This document shows, in pieces, positions 1 to 13,293 of a DNA stretch of 64,000 nucleotides. This DNA comes from Octopus sinensis (taxonomy: Eukaryota): NCBI RefSeq assembly GCF_006345805.1, contig NC_043017.1:21886001-21950000 (forward strand). Direction: 5' to 3'. The number at the start of each line of letters is the position of its first letter. Positions within the stretch are counted from its first letter, which is position 1. A model generated the notes under the pieces. The model saw only the letters and a list, made by a program, of their open reading frames with translations. It was not told the DNA's origin and made no database searches. The translations under genes and the position numbers were made by a program.

Positions 1-489
1 GTAAACTAAGAGCTATTGTATCAAAGAGAAATGTATGATCAATGTCTCTAACAAGTGGCCCTTCAGGTTTTTATAATGATTTTGTATATTTTTTAAAGAT
101 TTGAAACTTGAAAGATGGGGTTATGTTTATGAAGGTTGTATATAGTTATAAACCAGAGCTGGATAAAGACCCATAGGTGCCCTAAGATGGAGAATAATGT
201 TTATTTTTGTATACTTCCACTTTATTTATATTTGAAAAGTTTTCTCTAATTTGTTTTTAATTGCAAAATCTTTGATCAGATCCTCACTATAACACAGTAA
301 ATACTTTGAAATTATATTTCCAATCATATAAACCCCTTAGAATATTATTGTAGCAAGTTTAAAGTGATTTCTTTTGTCTGTAAACCATTTATCATTTATG
401 TGGTGCCCTGCTTCCCTTAACTTCTTACACATGTGCTTATTTTGTTTAATGGTTAATCTAGCACTGGTTGTAACATATGATGCTATTCT

Positions 490-648
490 GCAAAATCTGA
501 TAGGAAGCTGCAAGGCCAACATCTGCTTAAGGACAACAGGAGGAATTCCAAAATTGCAACTGGAAAGAGCTACAGTAAAAGGTTTGGAGGCCAGGGGCCA
601 GTGGAAGAACAGATCCCGAAGCACCGATGGGGATGGAGAAGCCACACC
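490..648 (+). mobile_element. Very degenerate RTE-like LINE 3' coding remnant
   Basis: Frameshifted frames give ARPTSA*..NCNWKELQ*K / EARGQWKN, loosely like RTE ORF C-termini; weak match by eye only. Confidence 0.3.
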
Positions 649-652
649 TTAA

Positions 653-831
653 CCCTTCAGTATTTAAACCAACCACATCTGGCTCAAATATTCTATGTTC
701 TATGTTCAAACCAGCCTACTTAACAATGTCATTCTAAAAATATACAATCACATCATTGAAATCTCAAAGCAACAAGATAATTCATAATGAAAAAATATTA
801 GATATAATAGAATAATTTGAACTCTAAAAGG
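653..831. mobile_element. piggyBac-type MITE (family M1)
   Basis: TTAA at 649-652 and 832-835; termini CCCTTCAG...CTAAAAGG; body related to the 4276-4470 copy. Confidence 0.7.
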
Positions 832-1004
832 TTAAGGAAACCAACATCCTGTATTAAATGTCAGGGGCTGACCTGAAACACACAAGAGAGGCATAAGACA
901 GAACACCCTAAAAATATCTGAAGGTTGTATATTGTTATAACCAGAGCTGGATAAAGACCCATAGGTGCCCTATTTTTGTATTTTGTATACTTCCAATTTA
1001 TTTA

Positions 1005-1508
1005 TCAGGTCAGATATGGGGGCATGTGCTGTTGCCATACATTGCTGCATCCATCATTGGTCACTATCTGACCAGGTCATCCCAGGCAACTCTCCAAGCA
1101 GTATCCCAATCAGTTCCCATCTCCACAAGATACTTACTTCCTCGTCCACCACGTCCATGAGGAATATGATAGATCAGTATGAGCTCTCACCATAGCTGGA
1201 CCTTCAGAGAAGAGAACACAGTATGCAGGGTTTAATCTGAAGAATCAAGCAATATAGCCAGACAGTCTAAGCTCATGCTTCTGAATCAGACAAATAAAGG
1301 GACACATCATTCAGTTTCTAACTATGGTCTTTGGGTGGATATAAAATTAGACTGATGGCAGTCCATAGTCTTGTGAAGTGTCCTAGTACTAAAGGAATTC
1401 AGGTGGCTACTATGGACCCTAGACAGTGTCCAAGTCTGACAACAATAGAGCAGGACAGAGTGGACCAGAGATCTGAAGACTTGAATGTTTATCTTTCTGC
1501 ACAGATAT
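1005..1508 (-). mobile_element. RTE-clade LINE, decayed 3' fragment (RT C-terminus and 3' end)
   Basis: Minus-strand YLCRKINIQVFRSLVHSVLLYCCQTWTL...LNSFSTRTL and EMGTDWDTAWRVA match the RTE motif K..VF.SLV..VLLYGCETWTL. Confidence 0.85.
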
Positions 1509-1880
1509 ACATATCTCTCTTTTACTCTTTTACTTGTTTCAGTCATTTGACTGTGGCCATGCTGGAGCACCACTTTTAGTCGAACAAATCAATCCCAGGA
1601 CTTATTCTTTGTCCTTTGCCAAACTGCTAAGTTACAGGGACATAAACATACCAGCATCGGTTGTCAAGCGATGTTGGAGGGACAAACACACACACACATA
1701 TATATACATATACATATATACGACGGGCTTCTTTCAGTTTCCCTCTACCAAATCCACTCACAAGGCTTTGGTCGGCCCGAAGCTATAGTAGAAGACACTT
1801 GCCGAAAGTGCCACGCAGTGGGACTGAACCCGGAACCATGTGGTTGGTAAGCAAGCTACTTACCACACAGCCACTCCTGC
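1509..1880 (-). mobile_element. SINE family A (tRNA-like head, CORE-like CTTGGGCAAG-type motif, internal TA/CA microsatellite, (TAAAAGAG)n tail)
   Basis: More than 15 related copies in the window; apparent TSD CTGCACAGATAT at 1497-1508 and 1877-1888. Confidence 0.9.
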
Positions 1881-3927
1881 ACAGATATGTTTAGATTTTA
1901 GTAGTTTTTTTTTCATAAAAAGAAAGATTTAAATTGATTCGTCATGAGAAGAAAACTTATTAGCAGCATCAGCCATCCTTGTCCTGTGAGTGTATCTCTG
2001 CTCCAGCATGGCCAAGATTTTTTAAGGCCAAAGCTGAGATATAAAAGTAGAAAGGACAGCCCAGTGTCCAGAACAGTGGAGGTAAGATGTTGATGGCATC
2101 AGTGGGTACGAACCTGAGACCCCCCAAAATCTAAACCACATGACTTTGCAAAATAAGCTTCTTATCCTCAAGAATATAGATTTAAATTGTTTTCTGGATC
2201 ATTTTCATAATATCAACGATATTATGAACATCCATCACAGTTGATTTTTCTTCCAATAACAGATCAATTAAAATCTTTGTTTTTTTATGGAAAGAAAAAA
2301 AATCAACAAAAATATAAATACATACAATAAATCCTTGATCAAAATAGCAGCAAACATTGATAGATTTTGATCTCCTTGAATTCCACCAAAGTGCAAAGAC
2401 AGTTATCTGTCTTTCTATTGTTCGTTTTTTTCTACTCAATTCTATTGCACAATTTTTAGCCTTTCTTCCTAAACTCTTTAAAAATAGTGTAGAATATGCA
2501 TCTGATATGAAGATCTTTCTATGGCTGCATTCTAACAAAAAGAAGTTAAAAAATACCCCTAAAATACACAGAAGACAATCCTTATCTTCAGCCATAGTTT
2601 TCTGTGAATTTCTCAAGGCTTCCATTTATCGGCTTCCAAGTGAAAATTTAGGAAACATCTATCTATCATACTGAATTATATATATACACCAGCATTTCTT
2701 CTGTGCGTGCAGGCATGTGTGTGTGTGAGTATGAATGTGGGACTGTGTGTGTATATGAATATAGGTGTGTATGTGTGAATATATGTGTGTGTGAATGTGG
2801 AGGTGTGTATGTATGAATGTATGTATGCATGCTATTTCAAAGTTTATTTGGTGCCAGCTACCTGAAAGATGGCTTATCACACACACACACACATGCACAC
2901 ACACACACACACACACACATACACACACACATACATACAAGTTCATATGATTGTGTATAGAAGAATATATTTTATCAAGGAAATTTCAACTTCGGCTGAT
3001 TTTCACATTTTATTATTTACAATTTTTACAATTTTGCAATATTATATTAATAAAATATTATATATTTATACATACACAGTAGTACCTCAATTTTCAAACA
3101 CCTCTGATCACAAATAAATCGTGCTTTATCTCCTGTCTTTCTCATTTTCTCATTTTGTTTAATGGTTAATCCATTTTCATTTAATACCTGTGATCATGGC
3201 TAAAGTATGCTGTGATCATGGCTAAATATTTATATATATATAAATTTATAAAGATTTGACTGCTATCTCTAGCATGGTGGCATCTCTTAGATACCCCCTT
3301 AATTATGATTTTATATATATATATATGTAAATTGAATAATTATACCTATGTGAATGAATATGGGTAAATATATGTATGTGCATCTATGTATGGGTGTGAA
3401 TGTGTTTGTTGATCGTTATGTGTGTGTGTGTGTATGGGGAGTGCATGTGTGTATATATATGTACATATATATGTGTGTGTGTGTGCATGTATGGGGATGC
3501 CCAGAGATGTGGTTGTGTGTATATGTGTGTCAGTGATTGTACATGTGTGAGCATATGTGAGAGTGTATTTGTGAAATCAGGAAGTTACATAGTGGAACAG
3601 TTATTTCAATGGGTTGTATTTATTTATCACCTGACAAGATACATCTGTACTGCCAGATGCTCCTGAACCAGTTATTGAGTGTCCCACTGATGAAGAATCG
3701 ATGCTAGATGTGTCGAAACAATTGTTGTGATTAATAATAAATTCTTGTATATTCCATCTTCTGTTTTTCATTTGCCATATATATATATATACATACATAC
3801 GTACAAATATATAGAATACTTGACATTATATTTGCTGTAATATTTGCAGCTTTAAATAAAATGTTTATAGTATGAAACAATTGTACTAAACTACCAATCC
3901 ATTCATGTTGCTTTCTTCTTGGTACAA

Positions 3928-3958
<31 letters not shown>

Positions 3959-3962
3959 GGTG

Positions 3963-3993
<31 letters not shown>

Positions 3994-4471
3994 ATATATA
4001 TATGTATATATTAATAAAACTAGTACTTTCATCTCACACACACACACACACATACACACACACTGGCAAGGCAGTGAGCTGGTAGAGTCTTTAAAGTATC
4101 TGCAAAAACACTGTGGTATTACTTCTAGTTCTTTACATTTTGAGTTCAAATCCTGCCAAGGTCAACTTACCCTTTTATCCCCCTGAGATTGGTAATAAAA
4201 ACCTCCAAACAAATACTAAGGTTGAAAAATACCCTTGGGCCCTATATAGGAATTTGGGCTACCCATAAACTTTAACCCTTTACCTTTCAGATTACTCTGT
4301 CAAATTTGAGGCTCATTCATCCACATTGTTTTGAATTAATCCTGCATTATTTCAAAGCTTTAAGATTTTGATGATGCAATTGCTTACTTTTAGAACTGCA
4401 TTGTTGGGTTTGTGTGAGAGGCAGGATCTGGTTGGCTTGAAGATAAAACTGGTAGAATATTTGAGCTGAAT

Positions 4472-4957
4472 ATCATCATCATCATCATCATCATCGTTTA
4501 GCGTCTGCTTTCCATGCTAGCATGGGTTGGACGGTTCAACTGGGGTCTGGGAGGCCAGAAGGCTGCAACAGGCCCAGTCTGATCTGGCAGTGTTTCTACG
4601 GTTGGATGCCCTTCCTAACGCCAACCACTCCATGAGTGTAGTTGGTGCTTTTTACATGTCACTGGCACAGGTGCCAGACAAGGCTGGCAAATGGCCACGA
4701 TCGGATGGTGCTTTTTACGTGCCACCGGCACAGAGGCCAGATGAGGCTGGCAAACGGCCAAAATCGGATGGTGCTTTTTATGTGCCACCAGCACAGGTGC
4801 CAGACGAGGCTGGCAAACAGCCATGATCGGATGGTGCTTTTTACGTGCCACTGGCACAGGTGCCAGACGAGGCTGGCAAACGGCCACGATCGGATGGTGC
4901 TTTTTACGTGCCACCAGCACAGAGGCCAGGCAAGGCTGGCAACGGCCACAATCGGAT
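4472..4957 (-). mobile_element. SINE family C (GGAAGGGCATCC body motif, GTTAAACG-(ATG)n-type tail) with five internal 63-bp repeats
   Basis: Homologous to 15008-15260, 15385-15645 and 57975-58228; the (CAT)n at 4472 is the tail on the minus strand. Confidence 0.85.
4644..4957. repeat. 63-bp tandem repeat, 5 units
   Basis: GGTGCTTTTTA unit starts at 4644, 4707, 4770, 4833 and 4896. Confidence 0.95.
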
Positions 4958-5663
4958 TGCTAAAGTGTTAATATTCCAAAAACTTCTATTTCCTGAATAT
5001 GAGCAGCAGAAGTTGAAGTTCATCTGACATTCCTGAGCAACTTTTATACAATAAAATTACAATATTGACACAATTTAAAATCTGAAAATCATACAAGAAA
5101 CCAACAGCTTTCAGAAGATTTGGATTTATAACACAAAGTTGTTGAACCAACGGAAATCTTTATTTCCCAAGAGACGTCTGCAGAATACAATTTGTGAAGA
5201 CTTAACCTATCGACATTATGATGCCAAGCATTCAATCGTTCTGTGTTTCTGTAGTTCCTTACCAATCAACAGATGGACACATACTAAAAACACAATATTA
5301 TGCGGCTGATTGACTAAAATGTTCCTGTTGTTATGACAACAACAACAACGGCGATAGTCACAACACGATAAGTATCATGATTCATGACGTTTGGTACAAA
5401 TTATCTCCTGCTAGATTATAGAGCAGGATTTACCGAGAGTATGGAGAGTTTCCAATTTGATTCCAATGGAAAATAGACTCACTTGTCAATAAATCAACAG
5501 CCCTATCATCAGGGTTATTACTGTGGGGTTTCATGGTTTGATTTACGAATCCCTTTTTGCATCCTTTAAATCTGCATATGTGCACACATATATATATTTA
5601 TATGTATATGTACATGTATATTTATTAAAGTTTACATATTTGTGTGTATGTATGTAGGCATAC

Positions 5664-5710
<47 letters not shown>

Positions 5711-6794
5711 GTATGTATGTATGTATGTAGATATTATATATAATATGCATATATGTACATATAAGTGTGTTGTGTGTGTTTATGGATACATATGTGACCC
5801 ATCTGGGTAAGTAGTAAATCTGTATAAAGGATGACTTGAACCATGACAACTTGTCCACCCCATGCCAGTATGGAAAGGAGAAATACAGTGATGAAGATGA
5901 TGACGAAGCTGATGATGATACATAATGGTACATATACACACACACACACATGTGCATGCATGTATAAAAAATACATACATGCATGTATATATACACTCAC
6001 ACACACATGCAACTGTGCATGTATGCACATATGCACAAATATGTACACATATCTATACTCTCACATTCATACATATCTGTCTGTAGGCACACACATACAA
6101 ATACATACATGTATATATATACACACACATGTATGTATAGATATATATATATTCCTACAGACAACACTGCTATCATTTGATCACATATTTATACACCAAT
6201 ATATATCAAAATCTATCTTCTCTGCATCCATGTACAAACAGACAAACATACATACACACACATACACATATACGTATACATACACACTGACAGTACTGCA
6301 ATGACATATCATGCTTCAGTGATTATGGAAAAGGTCTTAATCAATTCTGTAAGAAAATTGAATAATTGGACCGGCCTATCTGCAGACGAGGCCTCCTTCT
6401 TCACTGTTCATTGATTAGTGTTACGGTCTGGAGGTTATGGTTCATTAGACACAGAAGCAGTGCAGAGCTGTAAGCATCTTTCTGGAGAGGAATAATAAGA
6501 AAATAAAAATAACGGACTTAATCTCTAAGCAAAAACTGTGTGTCTGTGCATGTGTGTGTATGTATGTGGGTGAGTGAGTGGATGTTTATGTGTTGTGTAT
6601 GTAGGAAGGAAGAATACTTAATTAGCCTTGCATTGGGTGAGATGAAACAGACGAAATGTTGAATTAATAGATGAACTGAAAGTAAGCTATGGTGTTTGTT
6701 GTTGTTGTTGTTGTTGTTGTTGTTCTTTAATTGTTGATCCAGCAGACCAAGAAAAGCATTTTTAGATAGACCATCTTGTCTTATATTCTTTTCT

Positions 6795-7001
6795 ACTCTA
6801 GGCACGAGGCTGAAATTCTGGGGGAGGGGGTGGGCAATCAATTAGATCGACACCAGTACGCAACTGGTACTTAATTTATCGACCCTGAAAGGATGAAAGG
6901 TAGAGCCAACCTCGGTGGAATTTGAACTCAGAAAATAAAAACAGATGAAACACCACTAAGCATTTTGCCCAGCGTGTTAACGACTCTGCCAGCTGGTCGC
7001 C
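6795..7001 (-). mobile_element. SINE family B (A box TGGCAGA, B box GAGTTCAAATTCC, GCCTTTCATCC..GGTCGATAAA body), partial
   Basis: Homologous to full copies at 32106-32340, 36984-37215 and 55615-55848. Confidence 0.85.
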
Positions 7002-7254
7002 TTTATCTCATCTTATATTGGGTTCAAATTTTGGCACAAGGCCAACATGTTTGTGGGAGGGGTAAGTCGATTACACGAAATCCAGTAGTCAACTGGTACT
7101 TATTTTATCGACCCAGAAAAGATAAGACATGAAGTCAACCTTGACAGAATTTGAACTGAGCATATTTTTGCTCTGCTAGCTTACCATCTTCAGTTTATCT
7201 TATGTTTCAAGGATTGTCTATCTAGGACTACATTATCCAATGTGCCTGACCATT

Positions 7255-7634
7255 TTATCTTTTATCTTCTACTTGTTTCAGTTATTAGACTGCGACCATG
7301 CTGGATCACCATCTTGAAGACTCTTGTTTTTTAGTTGAACAAATTAACACCTGTATGTTTTTTTAAGCCTGGTATTTATTCTATCAATCACTTTTGCCAA
7401 ACCACTAAGTTACAAGGACGTAAACACACCAACACTGGTTGCAAGTGGTGGTGGGTGACAAGGACACAAAGACACACACATTTGGTAGTTTCCATCTACC
7501 AAATCCATTTAGAAGGTTTTGCTTGGCTAGAGGCTATAATAGAAGACACTTTCCCAAGATGCCATGCAGTGGGACTGAACCCGGAACCATGTGGTTGGTA
7601 AGCAAGTTTCCTACCACACAGCCACATCTGCACC
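7255..7634 (-). mobile_element. SINE family A, diverged copy
   Basis: Same head, body and tail order as other family A copies. Confidence 0.85.
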
Positions 7635-8293
7635 TATGTATATAATAAGTCAACATAACTAACACATTTGGAAATGGCCTCGTGTAGTTCTCTACTGGAT
7701 GTACAAGTTCACCTTGGCTAAAATGTTTTCTAACAAATGTTTCAAAAATGTCTGAACATAACTCAGGATACATTGTTCAGTCCATCCTTGATATTATTGT
7801 TAGCAAGATGAACCATTTTATTCAAATTATGAATTTAGATTAGGTTTTGAAAATATTTCTGATCACAAGGCAATTGCTTCAACAAAAATGATAATGTTAA
7901 TTTCTACAGCAAAATGCTAATATCACTAAATTCAATTATTTATGACACATTTGGTTTCCTTCATTCATCATCATCATTTAACGTCCATTTTTTCATGCTA
8001 GCATGGGTTGGATGGTTTGACAGGAGCTGCCTGGGATCCATGTCCATTTTTCATATTATTATTAAATCACACATCTGTGTTTCGTTTTAAAACTTGAACA
8101 GAAACACAATGGAACAAACAGAAAATTCATGGACATTATAGTTCATTACTCATCAGTTATCATGCAAAAGACCCTTACAATTCCACACCTTTACAAACAC
8201 ACACACATACATATATATACACATACATATACATGCAAATAGATTATATATCATATATATATATGTGTGTATTATATCATCTATTTGTATGTA

Positions 8294-8324
<31 letters not shown>

Positions 8325-8354
8325 CATGTATATTTGTATGTGTGTATATATACA

Positions 8355-8770
8355 TATACTCTTTACTCTATACTCTTTTACTTGTTTCAGTCATATGACT
8401 GTGGCCATGCTGGAGCACTGCCTTTAGTCGAGCAAATTGATCCAGGACTTATTCTTTGTAAGCCTAGTACTTATTCTATCAGTGTCTTTTGCCGAAATGC
8501 TAAGTTACGGAGACATAAACACACCACCATCAGTTGTCAAGCGATGTTAGGGGGACACACAAACACACACAAATATTTATATATATATATATATAAATAC
8601 ATATAGACGCACGACGGGCTTCTTTCAGTTTCCGTCTACCAAATCCACTCACAAGGCTTTGGTTGGCCCAAGGCTATAGTAGAAGGCACTTACCCAAAGT
8701 GCCATGCAGTGGGACTGAACCCGGAACCATGTGGTTGGTAAGCAAGCTACTTACCTCACAGCCACTCCGA
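8355..8770 (-). mobile_element. SINE family A
   Basis: Near full length with internal TA tract. Confidence 0.9.
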
Positions 8771-10282
8771 CACTTATGTATGTATGTATGTATGTATGTA
8801 TGTATAGATGTGTGTGTGTGTATGTAGAGAGGGAGAGAGAGAAAATGATTGACTGAGCAGGGGAATATGTACATATGTAGATATGCCTAATTCACTAAGA
8901 CACACACATATACCCCCTAATATTGAATATGGTATCTGTTAGGCTGGAAATAAGCAAACATCAAACCAAAAGTTGATATAATTAATTAAGACAAGTTTAT
9001 GCAGCTAGAAGTTTACTGATTAAGGAAAACACTTAAAGCACATACTTGCCAAATCTATTAAACATATAAACACGGGTATTAATTAAAACACATATAGACA
9101 CACATGTTAATATATGGAAATGTATGGAAATTATTTTCTGCATAATGTATGAATGTGTGTTAAGGTCAAATAAAGCAGAGATTTTCACACTGCTACTGTT
9201 AACAAGGATTTTCAGAGGAAAAGGCAAGCTTCTATGTGGTCACTTAAGTAGCTAGACATAGCAGCCAAGTTCATTAGAATTATGCCCAGTTGTCTAAAAT
9301 CAGAAAAGACATATTAGGTAATTTAGACATAGACATAGGCACAGGTGTGGCTGCGTGGTAAGAAGGTTGCTTCCCAACCTCATGGTTCTGAGTTCACTCC
9401 CGCTGCAAGACACTTTGGGCAAGAATCCTCATCTTACCAAATAGCCATGCCTGCTCCTATACAACTATGCTGTATATACATATGTATATATATATACACA
9501 TACGCTTATGTATTTGTTTTGCAAAAGTCCTGATGTGCAATCATGTCGAAACAGGTGTTGTTATATTTCGGGATTGGTCATTTTTTTCTTGCCAAATAAA
9601 CACACACACTATTTATTCATTCTTCACTTGTTTGCTAGTATATTTTTAAAAATGTTCATTGTCTGGAAGTCTTTTGTCACACACCTGTGACCTCTTCAAT
9701 GACCCTCCATCCCACGTGTTTCCTCCAAGTTCTCTGGAGGATAACTGGGAGGAGACCATCCCAAAATACAACAACATATATGTGTGTGTGTGTGTGTCTG
9801 TTTTTTTTTTTAGTTAGAGAGAGAGAGAGAGCACCCAGTATGCCCTGTAAAGTTGGCATTAGGAAGGACATTCAGCCATAAAAACCATGCCAAACAGACA
9901 ATTGGAGGCTGGTGCAGCTCTCCAGCTTGCCAGCTCCTGTCAAACTGTCCAGTCTGTAGAAAATAGACAGCATGGAAAATGGACGTTAAATGACAATAAT
10001 AATGGTGATGATGATGATGTGTGTGTGTGTATTTTACTGTCACCTTGCTTGGACATAGTGTCATAGTTGTAAGCAAATGTCACCATCAAACAAATATTTC
10101 TTATCTTCACTGAAAGCATATCTGGTCATTTAGAATTATTATCTGACTTGGAAACAGTTGTGGGTAGGCTGCCATAGAAAATCCACCTCAACAAATTCAG
10201 TATGACCCATATCAGTACGGAAAAGGGGACACCAAATGATGGGAATTACGGTTAAACCAACAAGTGTATAGAATCTTTTTTC

Positions 10283-10504
10283 CCCTTTACTCTTTACTCT
10301 TTACTCTTTTACTTGTTTCAGTCATTTGACTGCGGCCATGCTGGAGCACCACCTTTAGTCGAGCAAATCGATCCTGGAACTTATTTTTTGTAAGCCCAGT
10401 ACTTATTCTATCGGTCTGTTATGCTGAACCGCTAAGTGACGGGGACATAAACACACCAGCATCGGTTGTCAAGCAATACTAGGGGGACAAACACAGACAC
10501 ACAA

Positions 10505-10557
<53 letters not shown>

Positions 10558-10728
10558 CATATATACGACAGGCTTCTTTCAGTTTCTGTCTACCAAATCC
10601 ACTCACAAGGCATTGGTCGGCCCGGGGCTATAGCAGAAGACACTTGCCCAAGATGCCACGCAGTGAGACAGAACCCGAACCATGTGGTTGGTTAGCAAGC
10701 TACTTACCACACAGCCACTCCTGCGCCT
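10283..10728 (-). mobile_element. SINE family A, full length
   Basis: Head GGCGCAGGAGTGGCTGTGTGG on the minus strand, internal (CA)n(TA)n, tail (TAAAAGAG)n. Confidence 0.95.
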
Positions 10729-11525
10729 GTATAATATTTCAATGAAGCTTCATTGTTTCTGGATCTTCTCATTAAACCAAAGACCAGAATTGTTAATTTT
10801 AGAATGCACAAAGGAATCTAATCATAGAATTGAATTCTTTATCATTTCCAGAACAATTAAATACTGGAATGTAACAAATACAACCAGACAGTCAGAGACT
10901 AGAGTTTAAAATCTTTGGCTGTCAAAATCCACTGCATATGTCCTGGAGTCTGCTTTTCTTCCGTGAAGCATTACTACGGCACAAACAAAAAGGTTAAGCT
11001 GGAACAATCGAGGAATATATATGACGTTAGCAAGCAGTGGCTGTTACAAAAACTAAAAGATTGGTAAATATTTCGAGTGGAACTTCATATTCCAGAATAT
11101 CAATGATATTCACACTGCTGAATGGTTTGGAATAATGAAAATCTAGAATGTTCAATGGCAATGTCTAATATTCTGCGATGATTGATAGTTTTGTCAATGG
11201 CAACAATAACGGACAGCAAGGAAACGAGAAACGGTAAGCTGAGGCAATTTATTTTTCTTTGTGTCGTCATGAATACATTGTTCAATACATGGGAGTTATA
11301 CAAGATTATGATAAATTGTCTCTTATGTGGTAGATGCAACCAACAACAACAACAACTCATGTGCCTTGAATTTACAGCTCAGTAAAAACCTTTGCAATTC
11401 ACCAAGCACAAACAAAATAACACAAGAACATATGTACACACACATATACAATATAAGCAATTTATATATATATATATATACACATATATAAATACAGGTA
11501 TATATATATATATACACATATATAA

Positions 11526-11574
<49 letters not shown>

Positions 11575-11740
11575 TACACATATATATACACACATATACA
11601 CACATATATATATGTATGTATACACACACACACAGATATATATACACACATATACACTCATACCCCCATATATATATTTCGTTTTTGGATTTGGTTTGCA
11701 AGATTCTTTATGTGAGTTTGTGTGTTGAAGCATATATTGT

Positions 11741-11906
11741 TGTGTCTGGGAGGAGTCATTCTCTTTTAGCGGCTTATAATTTAACACATTCGCCAGTAAA
11801 TAAACTTATTTATTTATTTATTTTTCTATAAGTAAATGAGTGGAAATTTTACCGGTGCGGGAGTTAAATTATAAGGGACTAAAATAGAATGACTCTCCCC
11901 AGATGC
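11741..11906. repeat. Imperfect foldback of about 165 bp, probably an old MITE
   Basis: TGTCTGGGAGGAGTCATTCTCTTTTAG..TTATAATTTAAC pairs with GTTAAATTATAAG..CTAAAATAGAATGACTCTCCCCAGA. Confidence 0.65.
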
Positions 11907-11958
11907 AAAAGTATATATATATATCTTTTATCTTTTGTTTACCGAAAAGAATAAAAGA

Positions 11959-11992
<34 letters not shown>

Positions 11993-12041
11993 TATATATA
12001 TATATATATATACATATATATATTTATATATAGATATATAG

Positions 12042-12276
12042 ATATGCTTTATTTAAAGCAGCAGAAAATTCAACAAAACCTGTTACTCTGAGTTCCCGTT
12101 GCCGTTCATCGGACAGTTTTTTTGCTAGCAAAAACTGTCCGATGAACAGCAACGGGAAACTCAGAGTAACAGGTTTTATTGAATTTTCTGCTGCTTTAAA
12201 TAAAGCATATTACTCTACCACTGGTATTTGAGTACTCTTTTTTCCACCTTGCTTCACATTCATGTGTTTACTCCGG
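12042..12276 (+). mobile_element. Penelope-like non-coding foldback element P1 (inverted arms plus one-sided tail) in TA/TAGA repeats
   Basis: Arms 12042-12126 and 12127-12210 are near-perfect reverse complements; unpaired tail 12211-12276; hammerhead-like motif in each arm. Confidence 0.75.
12135..12172 (+). ncRNA. Minimal type I hammerhead-like motif, variant core (P1 right arm; mirror copy at 12080-12116 minus)
   Basis: CTGT-CCGATGA-A-CAGCAACG-G-GAAAC-TCAGA-GTA-ACAG; stem I CTGT/ACAG; near-palindromic stem III ACTC-A-GAGT; the left arm keeps stem II CG-GCAA-CG but has lost one A of GAAA. Confidence 0.6.
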
Positions 12277-13256
12277 TATATATATAGATAGACAGATAGA
12301 TAGATATATAAACATATGCACACACACGTATAAATAGTTGATGGGTTTCAGCACAGATTTTATCTGGTAATTCCACTCATAAAACCCTGAATGGCCAGAG
12401 AGTAATACAGAAGATGCTTGTACATTATGCTACACAGTAGGATTGACCCCAGAAACAAGTGGTTGAGGAGCAAGCTTCCTAACCACACAGCCATATATTT
12501 ACGAAATATAAAAATAAAAAATTGGTTGGTTGTCCTGGCATCAGGAATCATTATCGGGGTTATTTATGTCTATAAATTTCAGATAAATAGTTTTTGCTTA
12601 GATTATTTTTCTCTCTCATTATCAATTGTTATGGCTTTTTTTCTCTCTCTCTCTCTCTCCTGAAGACTGATTTATGAAATAATGCTGACACTGAAATAAA
12701 TAAAAAGAATGGTGACAAGAAAATATTAAAACACACCAAAAAATGAAGAGAAAATGAAGAATTTATATTGAAAATTCATAAATAAAAATAATTATATTGA
12801 TGCTGGCCTTTCAGAAAATAACTAAAACTTGCAAAAAATAAAAATTATTTATAATGTGTTTTGGACAAACTTCATTTAATATACATCATCCCAGTACACA
12901 CATGTGCATGTGTGTGTGTGTGTGTGTGTGGCAGAATGGACTGAATCGCTGAAGAAATTTCGATATCTGCAAGGATTGGTTAAGCAAGTGTTTAACACAT
13001 CAATGCCCTTCCTAACAACAACTGCTCAACCAGAAAAGCATGTCACATCTATTTTTCGGCTTGGTGTTTACATGTTTGCTAATCGACAGAGAGATGAATA
13101 GATCAATGCACACATACACATATATATGGATATATATATATTTATACATTATCATCATCATCATCGTTTAACGTCCGTTTTCCATGCTAGCATGGGTTAT
13201 ATATATATGTATATGCATATATATATATATATATTATATATATATATATATATATA

Positions 13257-13293
<37 letters not shown>

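Larger units (their letters stand above)
4276..4967. mobile_element. piggyBac-type MITE M1 interrupted by a family C SINE
   Basis: TTAA-CCCTTTA start at 4272; residual TGCTAAAGTG-TTAA terminus at 4958-4971 beyond the SINE. Confidence 0.65.

Noticed and set aside
2182-2674. Overlapping 147-aa (minus) and 105-aa (plus) ORFs in AT-rich unique sequence
   Set aside because: No recognisable motif; a possible minus-strand acceptor/donor pair exists but nothing supports it. It could be a very old TE remnant.
4644-4957. Regularly spaced repeats suggestive of a CRISPR array
   Set aside because: There are no unique spacers, the context is eukaryotic, and the array lies inside a SINE.
5483-5571. Possible 89-nt minus-strand exon (FKGCKKGFVNQTMKPH...) with GTGAGT donor
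   Set aside because: The acceptor lacks a pyrimidine tract and lies next to a microsatellite.
11177-11233. Short plus-strand frame MIDSFVNGNNNGQQGNEKR ending at ACG|GTAAGC
   Set aside because: Good donor only; an in-frame stop lies just upstream and there is no homology evidence.
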